A stretch of 49,752 bases of DNA, taken from Geosiphon pyriformis uo1. Taxonomy: Eukaryota > Fungi > Glomeromycota. Under the pieces are notes generated by a model. The model had not been told where the DNA came from. It searched no databases and saw nothing but the letters and a program-made list of their open reading frames with translations. Positions 23,315 to 35,035 of this stretch are shown in pieces. Where the stretch lies: contig JAAOMT010000029.1 of NCBI GenBank assembly GCA_016748015.1, forward strand, positions 14,181-63,932, read 5' to 3'. How positions within the stretch are numbered: the stretch's first letter is position 1; the number at the start of each line of letters is the position of its first letter. Position numbers and translations under genes: made by a program.

Positions 23315-24877
23315 ATTTGAAACATAAACCTTCTCAGGGAATGAAAGCAATTTTTTTGTTCGATCGATTTTTTAAAAAGGAACCCACCCTCTTATAAAAT
23401 TCTCGAAGAAAAATGGCAATTTATCTTTTTCTGAAGCGCTGTGGGAATTGTTTCCCCCATATGGTTGGAAGATTTGGTCTGTGGAATAAAAATTCCAAGA
23501 ATTTTATTTTAAAATTTTCAAATATAAAAAGATATTTTATATTAAATCACTTGCTTACAATATTTAAAAAAAAATTTACAATTTGGCAATAAAACTGGTT
23601 TCATATAAAAAGTAAATTAATTGATTTATTTAAAAATCTTGATCACTTTCTTGTAGCAACCTTTTGATTTAGTCCTACCTATAAAAAAATACACAAGTCA
23701 TTATTTAAACCAGTCAATTCAGGTTTATTATGTCCTGAATTTGAACATAATTTTGCTTGTTCACAATTTTTTAAACTTGATTTACAGGTATTTAAATCAG
23801 GATTTCATATATTTTTTAAGATATTCAAACAGTATCTTGCTACCAAAATTCTAACTGGACATACGCGACATCATTATGATAGCGATAAAAATCTCTGCTG
23901 TCAAAAATGACCAATGAATTTGGACTCTTAATTAAAAAGTATTACTTGAAAGATTTAAATCTGGCGCCTCAGAATTCTGTGAAATATATTTTTTAAATAT
24001 TAATTAATCCTAAATAGAGAAAGTATTTTCGCAAACACTAGCACAATTTCTTGAAATAATCCACGAATTACAAATTTGCCTGATCGACAATTGGGATAGG
24101 TAGTTTCGTGCCAATCAAAATATTCTAACACTAACTCTAACCCTAATTCGCCTATCTAATTTAGGCCAATTTTGGGCACAACATATTGGAAATTAGAAAT
24201 TTCGGACATTTTAAAATAAAAGATCATTACATTATCAAAATAAAGAATTTGCTTGTTACTTTCAAATCGAAAATTCAACCATATTATTTTGCTGTCATTA
24301 TTTATTAATTATTTCACTGTAGTCAATATTTAGATTACTCATTCAATTAAGACCAATTAGATATATCTTTAGATAATAATCTAACTCAAATGTAGACTAA
24401 AAATTCATAAAAAAATCTTTTTGTTGGAAGAAGCAAAAATTTTATTTAAGATTTTGATTTGTCTATTTTTTACGTCAAAATACCCGAAGACATTATTTGT
24501 TAAGCAAAATAAACACGTCAATTTATAAATTTGGATTTGAATATCAAAAACAGTCACGTTACATCAATAAGAGCAACCGTTATTTATTAAGCTACTCAAA
24601 CTAAACCTTCATAGCACACAACATACAATGGCTCATTATGATTGTTACGATTGAATTGAAAATCACATAATGATGACACATTTCGTAATTAATAATTATG
24701 GATTATTAAAAAATAAACAAACGAGAAAATCAACAAGGTGGTCACCTTTCTTATGTAATTTTATTGCACGTTTCAGATTGCCTTAATAGTAATGGTTCAA
24801 GAGAAGAATTTTTCTTTAATTAAATATACTGAACCAGGAAAAGAATCCTCAGAAATGAGTTAATAAAAAAAATTATA

Positions 24878-25917
24878 ATGACCCGTATTTCCATAGAAAA
24901 ACGCGTACCCTTCTTGAAGGATATTCTATCAGAAAATTTGTTTCTCGTGAAGGTGTACGGTAATATGCATAGAAATATTAAAAAATGAAACTGGTAAATA
25001 AACGTAATGAACGAAAAATTGTTCGTCTTATTTCTACTCAAGAATGTTCAATCAGTAGAAATTCAAGCATTAATTTTAACGTTGAAACTGTTCGTAGAGC
25101 ATTCCGGCGGAATGGTTTACAAGCACGAATTTAAAAAAAAGACCTTATCTAAAAAAAATGCACCAAAAACGACGACTTAACTTTGCGTGAAAATATGAAA
25201 ATTGGACTATTGAAGACTGGAAGCAGGTAATCTGTTCTGACGAAACTAAATTCCTAATTTTCGGTTCTGACGGACGCAAGTATTGTTGGAAGAAGCCTAT
25301 GGAACCACTTAAACACCAACAAGTACAACCAACAGTAAAATTTGGGTAGGGCGGTATTATGCAATTGAAGGAAATTGAATCGCGAAGGGTATAGAAAGAT
25401 ATTTACAGCTGATTTATCGGAACCTTAAACCGATTTGATTTGGATCCACAAGACATCATTTCCAACAGGATAATTACCTCAAACATATCGCAAAACTTAC
25501 CAAGAAGTGGTCTAGGGAATAATATTAAGGTTCTTGATTGGCCCCCACAATCTCCAGACCTAAATCTCATTGACACTTGTGGGATGAGGATGATCGACGT
25601 CTTCGCCATCTACCTGAGCAAGAAAGACTTTTAGGACAAAATTTGTACGAATCCATGCCCAATAGAATAGCAGATGTTATAAAGGCCTGAGGTGGGTAAA
25701 CAAGGTGGTAACGTAATAGAAGCATAACACAATCGTGAATGAGCAGGATAAATTCCATATTCATTACTATGTAAATTATTTTACCGGGTCTAACGGTTAA
25801 AAAAAAATCACAGAGCTGAAAGCCTGGTTTATATTGATATATGTACAAAAATAATCTTGAGGAAAGACTTGTTTTAATTTTTTTCTCGGGTGATCCAATG
25901 ACTTTTGTGAGTCACGG
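24878..25917 (+). mobile_element. Tc1/mariner DNA transposon relic (transposase pseudogene 24878-25711; probable right end at 25917 followed by TA)
   Basis: Translation across stops and frameshifts: VETVRRAFRRNGLQAR..KKRPYLKKMHQKRRLNFA*KYENWTIEDWKQVICSDETKFLIFGSDG, VQPTVKFG*GGIM, FQQDN, VLDWPPQSPDLNLID, ESMPNRIADVIKA*GG*TRW*. The right end ...ACTTTTGTGAGTCACGG|TA resembles a Tc1 TIR plus TA target site. No clear left TIR. Confidence 0.9.
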
Positions 25918-26698
25918 TAACTTGAAAAAAATGACATAATTATAAGAAATTTATCATATACTCTTTTATATAATAACTTTTGAAGCTATAGTTTATCTTT
26001 CTCAATTTCTATATCAAGCATCTTTAAAACCATTTACAATGGGCTCTGATTCTAATATTTGTTATCCTAAATTTTTCAGGATTGTGGTGATAAACATAAA
26101 CAAATTTTAGGCTGTTAATCGTGAAATATTTTAACAAATGGGTGTATAGTTGAATTAGACTTTTTTCCTCTAACTTCTTTTTTTGTAGCCTTCTCCTATT
26201 AACACGGTAATTGTGTTAGGCTATGTTTAGCCTGCACAGCACCAGTAGCAGTGATGATAACTTTTTAGAACTTGGAACTTTAATGGTCCTTTGCTACTTA
26301 TGCATGTTCGCTATTTTGTTACATATATTTTATAATCATAAGAAAATCTCGTGATAGTTTTTTAAGAGGATATCGTAAAAGAATGATTATCTGGAAAGAA
26401 AAAACATAATTGACTTTTTTGTTTCAAGCTCATTAATAACTAAACATAAGTCCGAGTGGAAAGTTAATATTTTATTTCAAGAAACTTTAATAATACAAGT
26501 TTCTGGCCGAGACAAATAACAAAATCCCTGGATTATTGATTAAGATAACCATGCGCCATACCCTTCAGTTTCATATTTGTTTATTCGTAAGATCAAAAAT
26601 CTTTATGAGAGTTCTCAGCAAAAAGGACAAGTTTATAAATTTTCGGGTTTGAAAAAGACATGTCCACATTCGAAAAATAATTCGTACTAATTCTTGTC

Positions 26699-28279
26699 AT
26701 GATTCTGGTCGGAAAAATGTTACGATCCAAAATATTATCGCAGCAAAACATTTTCTTGACAATTCTTAGCGCTTATTCGATTTTTTTAGTTTCCTCAATT
26801 GGCCCAATCCAAGCCATCTCCCAGGAATTTCAAATAAATCAAAACGACCCCAAATATGCTCATAATATTGGAGACTTCAATAATCAAAGCTTTGAGCTTT
26901 CAGATGGGTCGAATAATGAGGTTATGTCCAACGTATTTGAGTCTGATGAGCCAATTACAGGATTCGAGTTAGATAATTTAAAAAGTGCATCCAACGAGGA
27001 GCCAACCCTCAATTCTTTTGATGAAGTTAATCAATCAAATCAATTCCAAAAGGATATTGAGCTATCAGAAACCAGAGAAAACTTTGCAATACCAATGCTG
27101 AATAACCCTGACGACATTTTTGCCGCAGATTTGGAATTTGATAATCCATACCTCAATAACCCTCCAGATTCACCGAATAATACTGAGCCAGAAAGTCCTT
27201 TGCCAAATTTTTCACCACAAGTCAATCCTGCTCCCGACCCTGAAATCAGGCCCAATCTGCTTCCTATACCTACATACAGAAATTCACCCCAACCTATCGT
27301 TCGTCATGAAACCAGTACGCCTTTAAGCCAGAAAACAATTTCAGAGCTGACTTCGTACGCACGTGTAGCAAATTTACCTTATTGTAACAAGTTAATTTCA
27401 TTTGGAAAATATGTCAAAGGTGAATTTCCATTCATTCTTTTACTTTTCATATTTTGTAATTAATACCAAAGACCTATTTAAATTAGGAGTAATTAGCCTT
27501 CCAGAGAACACGGCAGAGATTACTTTGTCGTTTTCTGGAGGCTTTTCCACTAAAACTATAGATTCAGATGAGTTAGTTAATTATTCACCGGCTCTAGGTT
27601 CAACGGTCCCTTACGTCAAAGTTCACAAGGGATATTTTAATGCTTTTGTTGAAGCAAGAGCTTCAGTCCTTCATCTTATAAGGACAGAAATCAAAAAAAG
27701 GAAAGGTCGTTCGCTAGTTATTACTTTGGTCGGTCACAGTACTGGCGGTGGTATGTTTCTTTCAAAAAAAAAATTCTCTTAATATCTTTGAAGTTTGATC
27801 AAAATTTAACTTTCCATTTTATCACACTTTGGTAGTTTATGCAGTTTTAGCTGCGTTGTTTCTTAGGCTAAATATAAGAAATAAAATAAATTTATACACC
27901 TTTGGACAACCCCGTATCGGTAATAATGAGTTTGCACAATACATTAATTCACGATTAAGGTCACATCGTGTTGTAAACGCAAACGATGCAATTGCCGTTT
28001 TACCACCGGCCAACCAAGGTTACCTTCACTCACAAACAGAATATTGGATAAAACCAAATAATGGTGGAGCAATTAAGTGTTCCGTTAGTAGTGATGAACC
28101 TCAAGAGAGTACGGTATGTGAAATTTAAGAAATTTATCTCTTTTATTTCTAGTGTAACCTTGTTATTATACTAATATGGTATCAACGTGTTGGCATAGCA
28201 ATGCCGACTTTCTCAAGGAGAAGGAGAGATCCAATCTAATTATGGGCCTTATTTTGGAGTTTTAATGGGATCTTGCTAA
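26699..28279 (+). CDS. Secreted class-3 lipase-like (alpha/beta hydrolase) protein with a long acidic/Pro-rich propeptide, 4 exons; possibly non-catalytic
   Basis: Signal-like N-terminus; YARVANLPYC, KVHKGYFNAF, VGHSTGG|VYAVLAAL, YTFGQPRIGN, RVVNANDAIAVLPP, GYLHSQTEYWI, last exon QCRLSQGEGEIQSNYGPYFGVLMGSC* (28199-28279). The start could also be the ATG at 26717. Confidence 0.88.
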
Positions 28280-29583
28280 TATTTTTAAGATGTCTAAAGA
28301 AAAGCTTTCGATCGAAAATATTTGATTTAATTCTTACCTTCCCTCATAGCGTTCAATAATTGATTTTTAATATATAAATAAAGTTGAAATCATCTCCTTT
28401 TTATTATCCCAAACTTAATAATGAAAAATCGATCATTGGTTTTTTTTTTGGATTTCATCTTAAATATAAGGATTCACGAATTTTTGTGTTTAATAGAGCT
28501 AGCGAATCAAAATTTTCGGCTCGATAAAAATGGCAAAAGAATTATAATACCTCAACTCGTCCTAAAATTTCTGACCTACACTCAAAAGAATATCAATTTC
28601 ATGCAAAGAAACTAGCAACAAAATCAATTCAATGAAATTCACATTATACACAAACCACTTCTTTCACTATTGGCTGAACATGCATTCTGCGCAAAAGAAG
28701 CGTCTTATTAATGATCACAAAAGAATAAGGCCTTTATTCAAAATAATAAATCAATAACCTGGTGATTTGATTTACCTTCCAAATCAATTATTAACCTTAA
28801 AAATAAATACGTGAAATTGGCAAATCTATTGTAATGCTAATGGTTTTGACTGGTTACAACGTCAAAGGTTATAACCAAGACCCTAGGTCAAAGGCTCTGA
28901 ATTAGTAATATGTATAAAGCAAATTCCATAATTAAGAAAAATGTTTATCGGCTGTGGGCATAAGACCATCTTTTATGACATTCAAGAGAAAGATTGGCGG
29001 GTTTGAGAAAACAAACTAATGAATTATCCTTCAAGAAAGATATTATCTTGGCGGCACTGATCGATAAAGAGTTTAAAATTCTAGTAAAAGAAATTTGTCC
29101 GATAATAGGTAGCAACTAGTGTTAGCGCATGATTGCAACCCCAAATTATATAAATGAATCAGTTTAAAAATTGTTCATTGGCCAATAAATACAAAGTATT
29201 GGATCCCCGGCAGATAAATATCAAATTAGACGGCATTTCGGATAATTTTTCACTAATCTGTAAAAGAATCATGATTGGCGAAATTCCTGAATCGTAATTT
29301 AATTATCGATCTCATCATTTGGTGGCATTAGAATTTAACCATGAATAGAGATTTGGGAAACGAGATTTCATTTGAAAACTGATTCAGGCCCCTTTTATAA
29401 TTGTTTATTTGGCTTTATGTCATGAATAGCGCATTTGTTTGTCGGGTACAGACAATGAAGTCTATAGTTCAAGCTTGGCGCGCATGTGTTCAATAAACGA
29501 AGTTGGTATAAACGATTAAGGAGTGCAATGATATTTAAATTTTGATAAAATTTCCACATATTCTTGAAAGCACAATTCCTAAC

Positions 29584-30741
29584 ATGACTCTTCAATCTCA
29601 ATCCCTCAAACTCAAAAAAGTTTGCAAAAGCTTGAAAGTTCCAGAATTTCTTCGATTCACGAAACGAAAACCGCTAGAACAATTAATGAGAGTTCTTACC
29701 CAAAACAACTTGAATTACGAGTCAGCAAGCAAAACCGCTGAGCAGATTCGAAAATGGATTAAAATCAATAATTATCGGCCTGAAACAATATTTCGGTTGG
29801 TGCATGCACAGCGTAAAGATTATCATTTAAAATTCGCTCCGTTGCTTGCCTTTTTCTATCATTGGGGAATCGGGACAAAGGTAGACGGTCAAAAAACTAT
29901 CTATTGGTATAAAGCGCTCGCTGAAATTAAAAGTGATCCAGTAGCTCAGAATATTGTTGGATGGTGTTATAGGGTAGGCTTTGGTACCGAAGTAAATTAT
30001 AAATCAGCTTTTCATTGGTACAGAAAATCAGCCGAGAGAAATCATGCCCCTGGACAAAATAACCTTGCTAATTGCTATTACGATGGAATTGGGGTCCCTG
30101 TTGATTGGCGCATGGCATTTTTGTGGTATAAGAAAGCGGCAAAAAGCGGATTTCAAAATGCTCAATGGCATCTTGCATGTTGCTATTGTGATGGAATAGG
30201 AACAGAAAAGAATGAGCAAAAAGCCGTATATTGGTATCGCATTTCAGCCTCTGGTGGTAACACCAATGCTCAAATCGAATTAGGAAAGTCTTATTATTTG
30301 GGAAAAGGGGCGCGACAACATAGTAAAAAAGCTTTTGAATGCTACTTTAAATCAGCAGAGGCTGGAAATTCTACGGGCCAGTATCTTGTTGGAGATTGCT
30401 ACTTGAATGGTATCGGTGTAAAACTTGACAATGAGAAGGCTTTCTTTTGGTATCAAAAATCAGCAAGCTCTGGCAATAAAATTGGAAAAACAAGACTGGG
30501 AAATTGTTACTTTGCTGGACTTGGGACCAATCGCGATGCTCAAAAGGCATTTTATTGGTATCGGAATGGACAAGGTTGTGGTTCGCCATACGGTCTTGCC
30601 TTATGTCATTACAATGGAATTGGAACTCAGACGGATTTGCACGCGGCGATTCAGTTTTATAGAAAGGCAAAGGATAGTGGATTCCCTAAAGCTGTTGGGG
30701 CTTTAGGCGACCTTTTTACACAAGAAACTCTATCATTGTAA
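29584..30741 (+). CDS. Sel1-like repeat protein (~8 repeats), intronless, ~385 aa
   Basis: First ATG at 29584. Tandem repeats such as AQNIVGWCYRVGFGTEVNYKSAFHWYRKSAERNH, GQNNLANCYYDGIGV, AQWHLACCYCDGIGTEKN, GQYLVGDCYLNGIGVKLD. Confidence 0.93.
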   Translation: MTLQSQSLKLKKVCKSLKVPEFLRFTKRKPLEQLMRVLTQNNLNYESASKTAEQIRKWIKINNYRPETIFRLVHAQRKDYHLKFAPLLAFFYHWGIGTKVDGQKTIYWYKALAEIKSDPVAQNIVGWCYRVGFGTEVNYKSAFHWYRKSAERNHAPGQNNLANCYYDGIGVPVDWRMAFLWYKKAAKSGFQNAQWHLACCYCDGIGTEKNEQKAVYWYRISASGGNTNAQIELGKSYYLGKGARQHSKKAFECYFKSAEAGNSTGQYLVGDCYLNGIGVKLDNEKAFFWYQKSASSGNKIGKTRLGNCYFAGLGTNRDAQKAFYWYRNGQGCGSPYGLALCHYNGIGTQTDLHAAIQFYRKAKDSGFPKAVGALGDLFTQETLSL

Positions 30742-30972
30742 CATTAATTTTTAAATTAGTTTGTACATAATGGAATATAACAATAAATTTATAAATTTGT
30801 AAAAATTAATATGTGTAACATTTATTTTGTAATTTTTGTATAATAATTTATTGAAGAACTGTTCCGATTGAAAGGAAATGCTGAAAGAGAGGATATGCTT
30901 TAATTAATCACTTAAAAGGTCTGTTTGTAAACCAACAAACCGAACTGTTCAGTCAGCCACAGATAAGAAAAT

Positions 30973-31004
30973 CTGTTTGCTTGTTTGTTTGTTTGTTTGT
31001 TTGT
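30973..31004. repeat. (TTTG)n microsatellite
   Basis: ctgtttgcttgtttgtttgtttgtttgtttgt read directly. Confidence 0.9.
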
Positions 31005-32669
31005 ATTTACACGACTCACGTATACAAGAAATTTTTATATTACAATATATTTTATTTCATTATGAATTTTTAAATCCTTTCAATCTTAAAGTAAAAACTA
31101 AGGATTTGATATTATAATTTGCTCTGAAATTTCTACAGCCTCTTCATAAAAAAAAAACTTTTGCACTCGCTAAATTTAATGATGACTGTAATTTCACAAC
31201 GATCGCTGGGGCTATAGATTCATTTTGTTTAATATAGATTTTGCTTCGAAAAATTGATAAATGTAAATTATTCTTCAACAATTTTAAAAATGACTGCAAC
31301 GATTTTTTTATTTTGAAAGTTCTGGATTTTTATTCAATTTAAATTTACCTTTACAAAGGAAATTTATTATTCATTTTCAAACTTTTTGTTTGTAACATTA
31401 CAATCATAATAAAATTTGTATAGAATATAAAATTTTCATTAATCTATGATTATAATAGCTGCAATAATTGTGGTAGTTGTAATACATAATAATGGTATTT
31501 TGGTTAATATTTTATAGTTATTTCTATAATATTTTATTATCTCAAATATTAAATTTAACTTGAAATAAAAAATTTTTCGATTGTAATTTTATTCATATAA
31601 ATTGTGTGTTCCAAAATATATAATAGGTATCTAAAAATCACATCTCATATATAAAATATAATTAAGAATTCAAAAATATTTGATACTTGGAAACATTTAT
31701 TTTGTTAATCACTCATTTACTGTTATTTATTAGAAATTTAAAAATAATAAAAGTATTCCATATATAAGAATATTGAGCAAAAAAAGAAGTCTAATTTTTA
31801 ACATAATTAAATTAATAATTATTGAAAATATTCCCGATTAATTAACAAAAATATAAAAAATGCTTTTAATTTATTCCTTTATTAAATTTAAATTTCTATT
31901 AAACCTAATTCATTATTTTTTTTTAATTACAATTTTTAAATCTTTGCTCTAGTTTTTGGTTGATAAGAACTTAAATGATAATTTTGTTTCTTTATAAATT
32001 AAAAATTCAGCCGAATCTACTGAAATATGAGTTTTCAACTTTTGTATTTAAGTGTAGCCAAATATCTATGATCATAATATTTTAAAGCTTGTTAAATATT
32101 CCTTTATGAAAAATATAATATTAATTGAGTTAAATTTTATTATATTCTTCAGGATAATTCTTTCAAAAATTATTATTATGAAATAGAATCAATCAAAACT
32201 TGTAATGACATTCAATACTGATAATAATTGTATTCCCTTTGAGCTTATAAGAATTTTTAGCAATAATAAAAACTTTTAATTAAAAAATTCGAAATTTCGG
32301 CATCCTTTGACATTTTCCCTATGAAATACGAAAAATCTGGTGTCTGGAATTATGATTATTTAATATCTATGTTAAATTCTGATTACGCATAAAGATTAGC
32401 TTGGGTTTGTCACACATGACAAAAATCTTTACTAAAAATTGGCAAGGACATTCGCTCAAATTACAGAGTTCAGTGCCTTAAAGTTTGGGGCGTTTCAAAA
32501 TTTTGATATATTTATCATAATCCAACATTTTAATCCGTGTTAAAAATTCACCATTTACAAAACATTTACGATTTACTTTAAGATAAACAATATGACAGCC
32601 TATATCAATTAAATACAAAAATTTTGAATTTACTATTCCGAATTATATTGGTATAAAAAAGCCTACCCT

Positions 32670-35035
32670 TTAATATTGTAAAGCTTTCTTCACTATTGGA
32701 TCGTTTTGTAATTGATCGGCTTCGGTGAACAAAAAGAATAAATTCTCTGGTAATCCTTTAGTCAAAAGACGAATACGCTCTTGAAACATTTCAAGTGGCG
32801 TCTTTAATGGCGTTTTAGCAGCTGCAGGTTTGAATAATGAAGATACAGCAGCATTATGATTTGGGTTTGGGGTTCCATTCTTGTCATTAGTAGTCCCTTC
32901 ATAAAGATATGAGATATCAGTATGAAGTTTGTCAAAAAGAGCTGACGAAAAGCTTCCAGATCTCTCGGGTTTATGGGGTTCGTCTTCCTCATTACTATTT
33001 GATGATTCAGATTTTGGTTTCTCACTGCTTGAATAGTAACTCTTCAAATGACCAATCATACTGGGAAATGTTTGAATATAAGAATGGTGTGGCTCTTGTG
33101 CTGGTAAATCTTTGACCCTTGATGTTGTAACATCACGAATGAATATTTTAAGAATTCTTCCCGGGTTCTCACGCGCGATTTGTGTATAGCTAAAATGGAT
33201 TTTCATAAAGCAAATTTCATAAATTAACTTTCTTTTTCATTTATGTTACATTGCGCATTAGACTTACATTTCAGGGTCTAGTTCACCAGTGTCACCGACC
33301 AAAATGTATTTCCTTTTCGGAAAATCCTTCAAATTAAATTGCCCTCATTAGTGTAAAACTTACGAACTCATAAACCATATTGAAATATCAATCAAGAACT
33401 AACCTTCAACAATTCTCTTATATACATAAACTTGCTTGCCATCGGATTTTCCTTTTGTTGGACGGCACTCTTTATAAGACCGTCATAAAATTTGAGATGT
33501 GCCGAACCGGGTGGAAATTCATAGGTTTCAAAGAAGCCTCGGATCATCGGGAACAATTGCCAAGGTGAGTTAGAAACATAATGAATACCAGCACCTTTGT
33601 CGTACTATCGGTTGGAAAAGCATCAGAAATTAAAAGTTCAAAATGAAATAAAACCCCAAAGTAGTTTAGGGAAAAGGATACGTATTTACCCAGAATTTGT
33701 ACACTTTGGCCATTCCAGCAACCTTTAATTCGTCAATTGAAATTTAAGATCCAGTAAAGTGAAAAATAAATCAAAACCCACATATATGTCAACTTACATC
33801 TTTGAATTTGTGTAAAAAGGTGTTACTGAAAACAACTTTAGCCCCGGCACTAATATCTGTGTCTTTAATAGTATCGTCAATATCCTTGGAAGAAAGATAT
33901 GTTTAGTAAGTTAAAGTGAAAAAGTTTATTACAACGAAATCGACTAATGGATTACCGAAATCACTGAATAACCTTCAGGTTCAATAAGATTAACAACTCC
34001 ATAAGCAGGCAACCCTATAAGCGAAAACAAAGATGATGAAAATAAAAAAAAGTGCAAATCTAAAAAAAGATGGCTGGAAACCCCAATTACCCATTTCGGT
34101 GTGGTAGGCTTGTAATTTTATCATTCGCACCTTATCAGCTATAGAAGGTTGCTTAGCTTTGGTATCAAAGCTAAACAAGCTTTGGAACCAATTAGGTTTT
34201 TCCTTTTTCTCTTCTTTTCCGATCCATTTATCAATAATATCCTTTGCAATTGGTATAATTCCTGAAAAATTCCCTTCTTTTGGAATAATTTTTATGAATT
34301 TGGTTTCCCACACTGGATGATTGAGGACGTGAATTTGTTGAGCGTTTTCTAATATTTGTTGAACTTTTGGTTCATCTTGTTTGATTGCATGTGTCTCTGC
34401 TGCTGGTGCATCTGTAGGGTCTCCTTCAATGGCCATTTTTTTGGCATCTGTCAAGCCAACAATTTGAACAGTATAAGTTCCCTTGTTTAGGTTGCTTGCC
34501 CAAAAGAGTTCACTACGTGATTGAAGAGTCTCGTAACTTTCATCGCCAGGTTTAAGGCCAGTAGCCCATGAAGTAATATCTTGAACCAACAAAAAGATTA
34601 ATCAAACAATTAATCAAAAAAACTTGGGAATTATTTAAAAATACTAATTTTGACTTACTCAAGAACAAATCACGCGTTCGACTGTTCTTTGGCGAAGCAA
34701 AAGCCCAACCGCGAACACGAATATGCCAATTATCCGATTCACCTTCAGGGATTAATTAGATTTCAAAATAAAAAGAAAATTTTTGAATTTTCACGAGAAT
34801 GGATTCGAAAAGTTTTAAATATAATTTCAATTGTATTACCTTTTTCGTCTTGTCTGGTGGCATAAGTTGGAAAAAGCAGACAATGTTGTTCATATTCTTC
34901 GTTTTTTTCATGACTTGTTACCGCATTGAGTTCGGCAGAATCCACTTTAGCAGCAGCACCGCCAACCGTTTCAGTAATAGGCGGTGTCTTTGTGGTAGTA
35001 GGTTCAGGAATAGTTTCTGTTTTAATATCACTCAT
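32670..35035 (-). CDS. APP1: App1-like phosphatidate phosphatase (DUF2183 / APP1 catalytic domain), multi-exon
   Basis: Motifs: CLLFPTYA, VNLIEPEGISVIS|DIDDTIKDT (DxDxT motif), GMAKVY, HYVSNSPWQLFP, FPPGSAHLK, ILVGDTGELDPE, ARENPGRILKIFIRDVT. Confidence 0.9.

Noticed and set aside
30028-30706. Overlapping short ORFs within the Sel1, ABCB, MFS, lipase and App1 genes (e.g. 30371..30670, 40963..41295)
   Set aside because: Alternative-frame or antisense shadows of well-supported coding exons.
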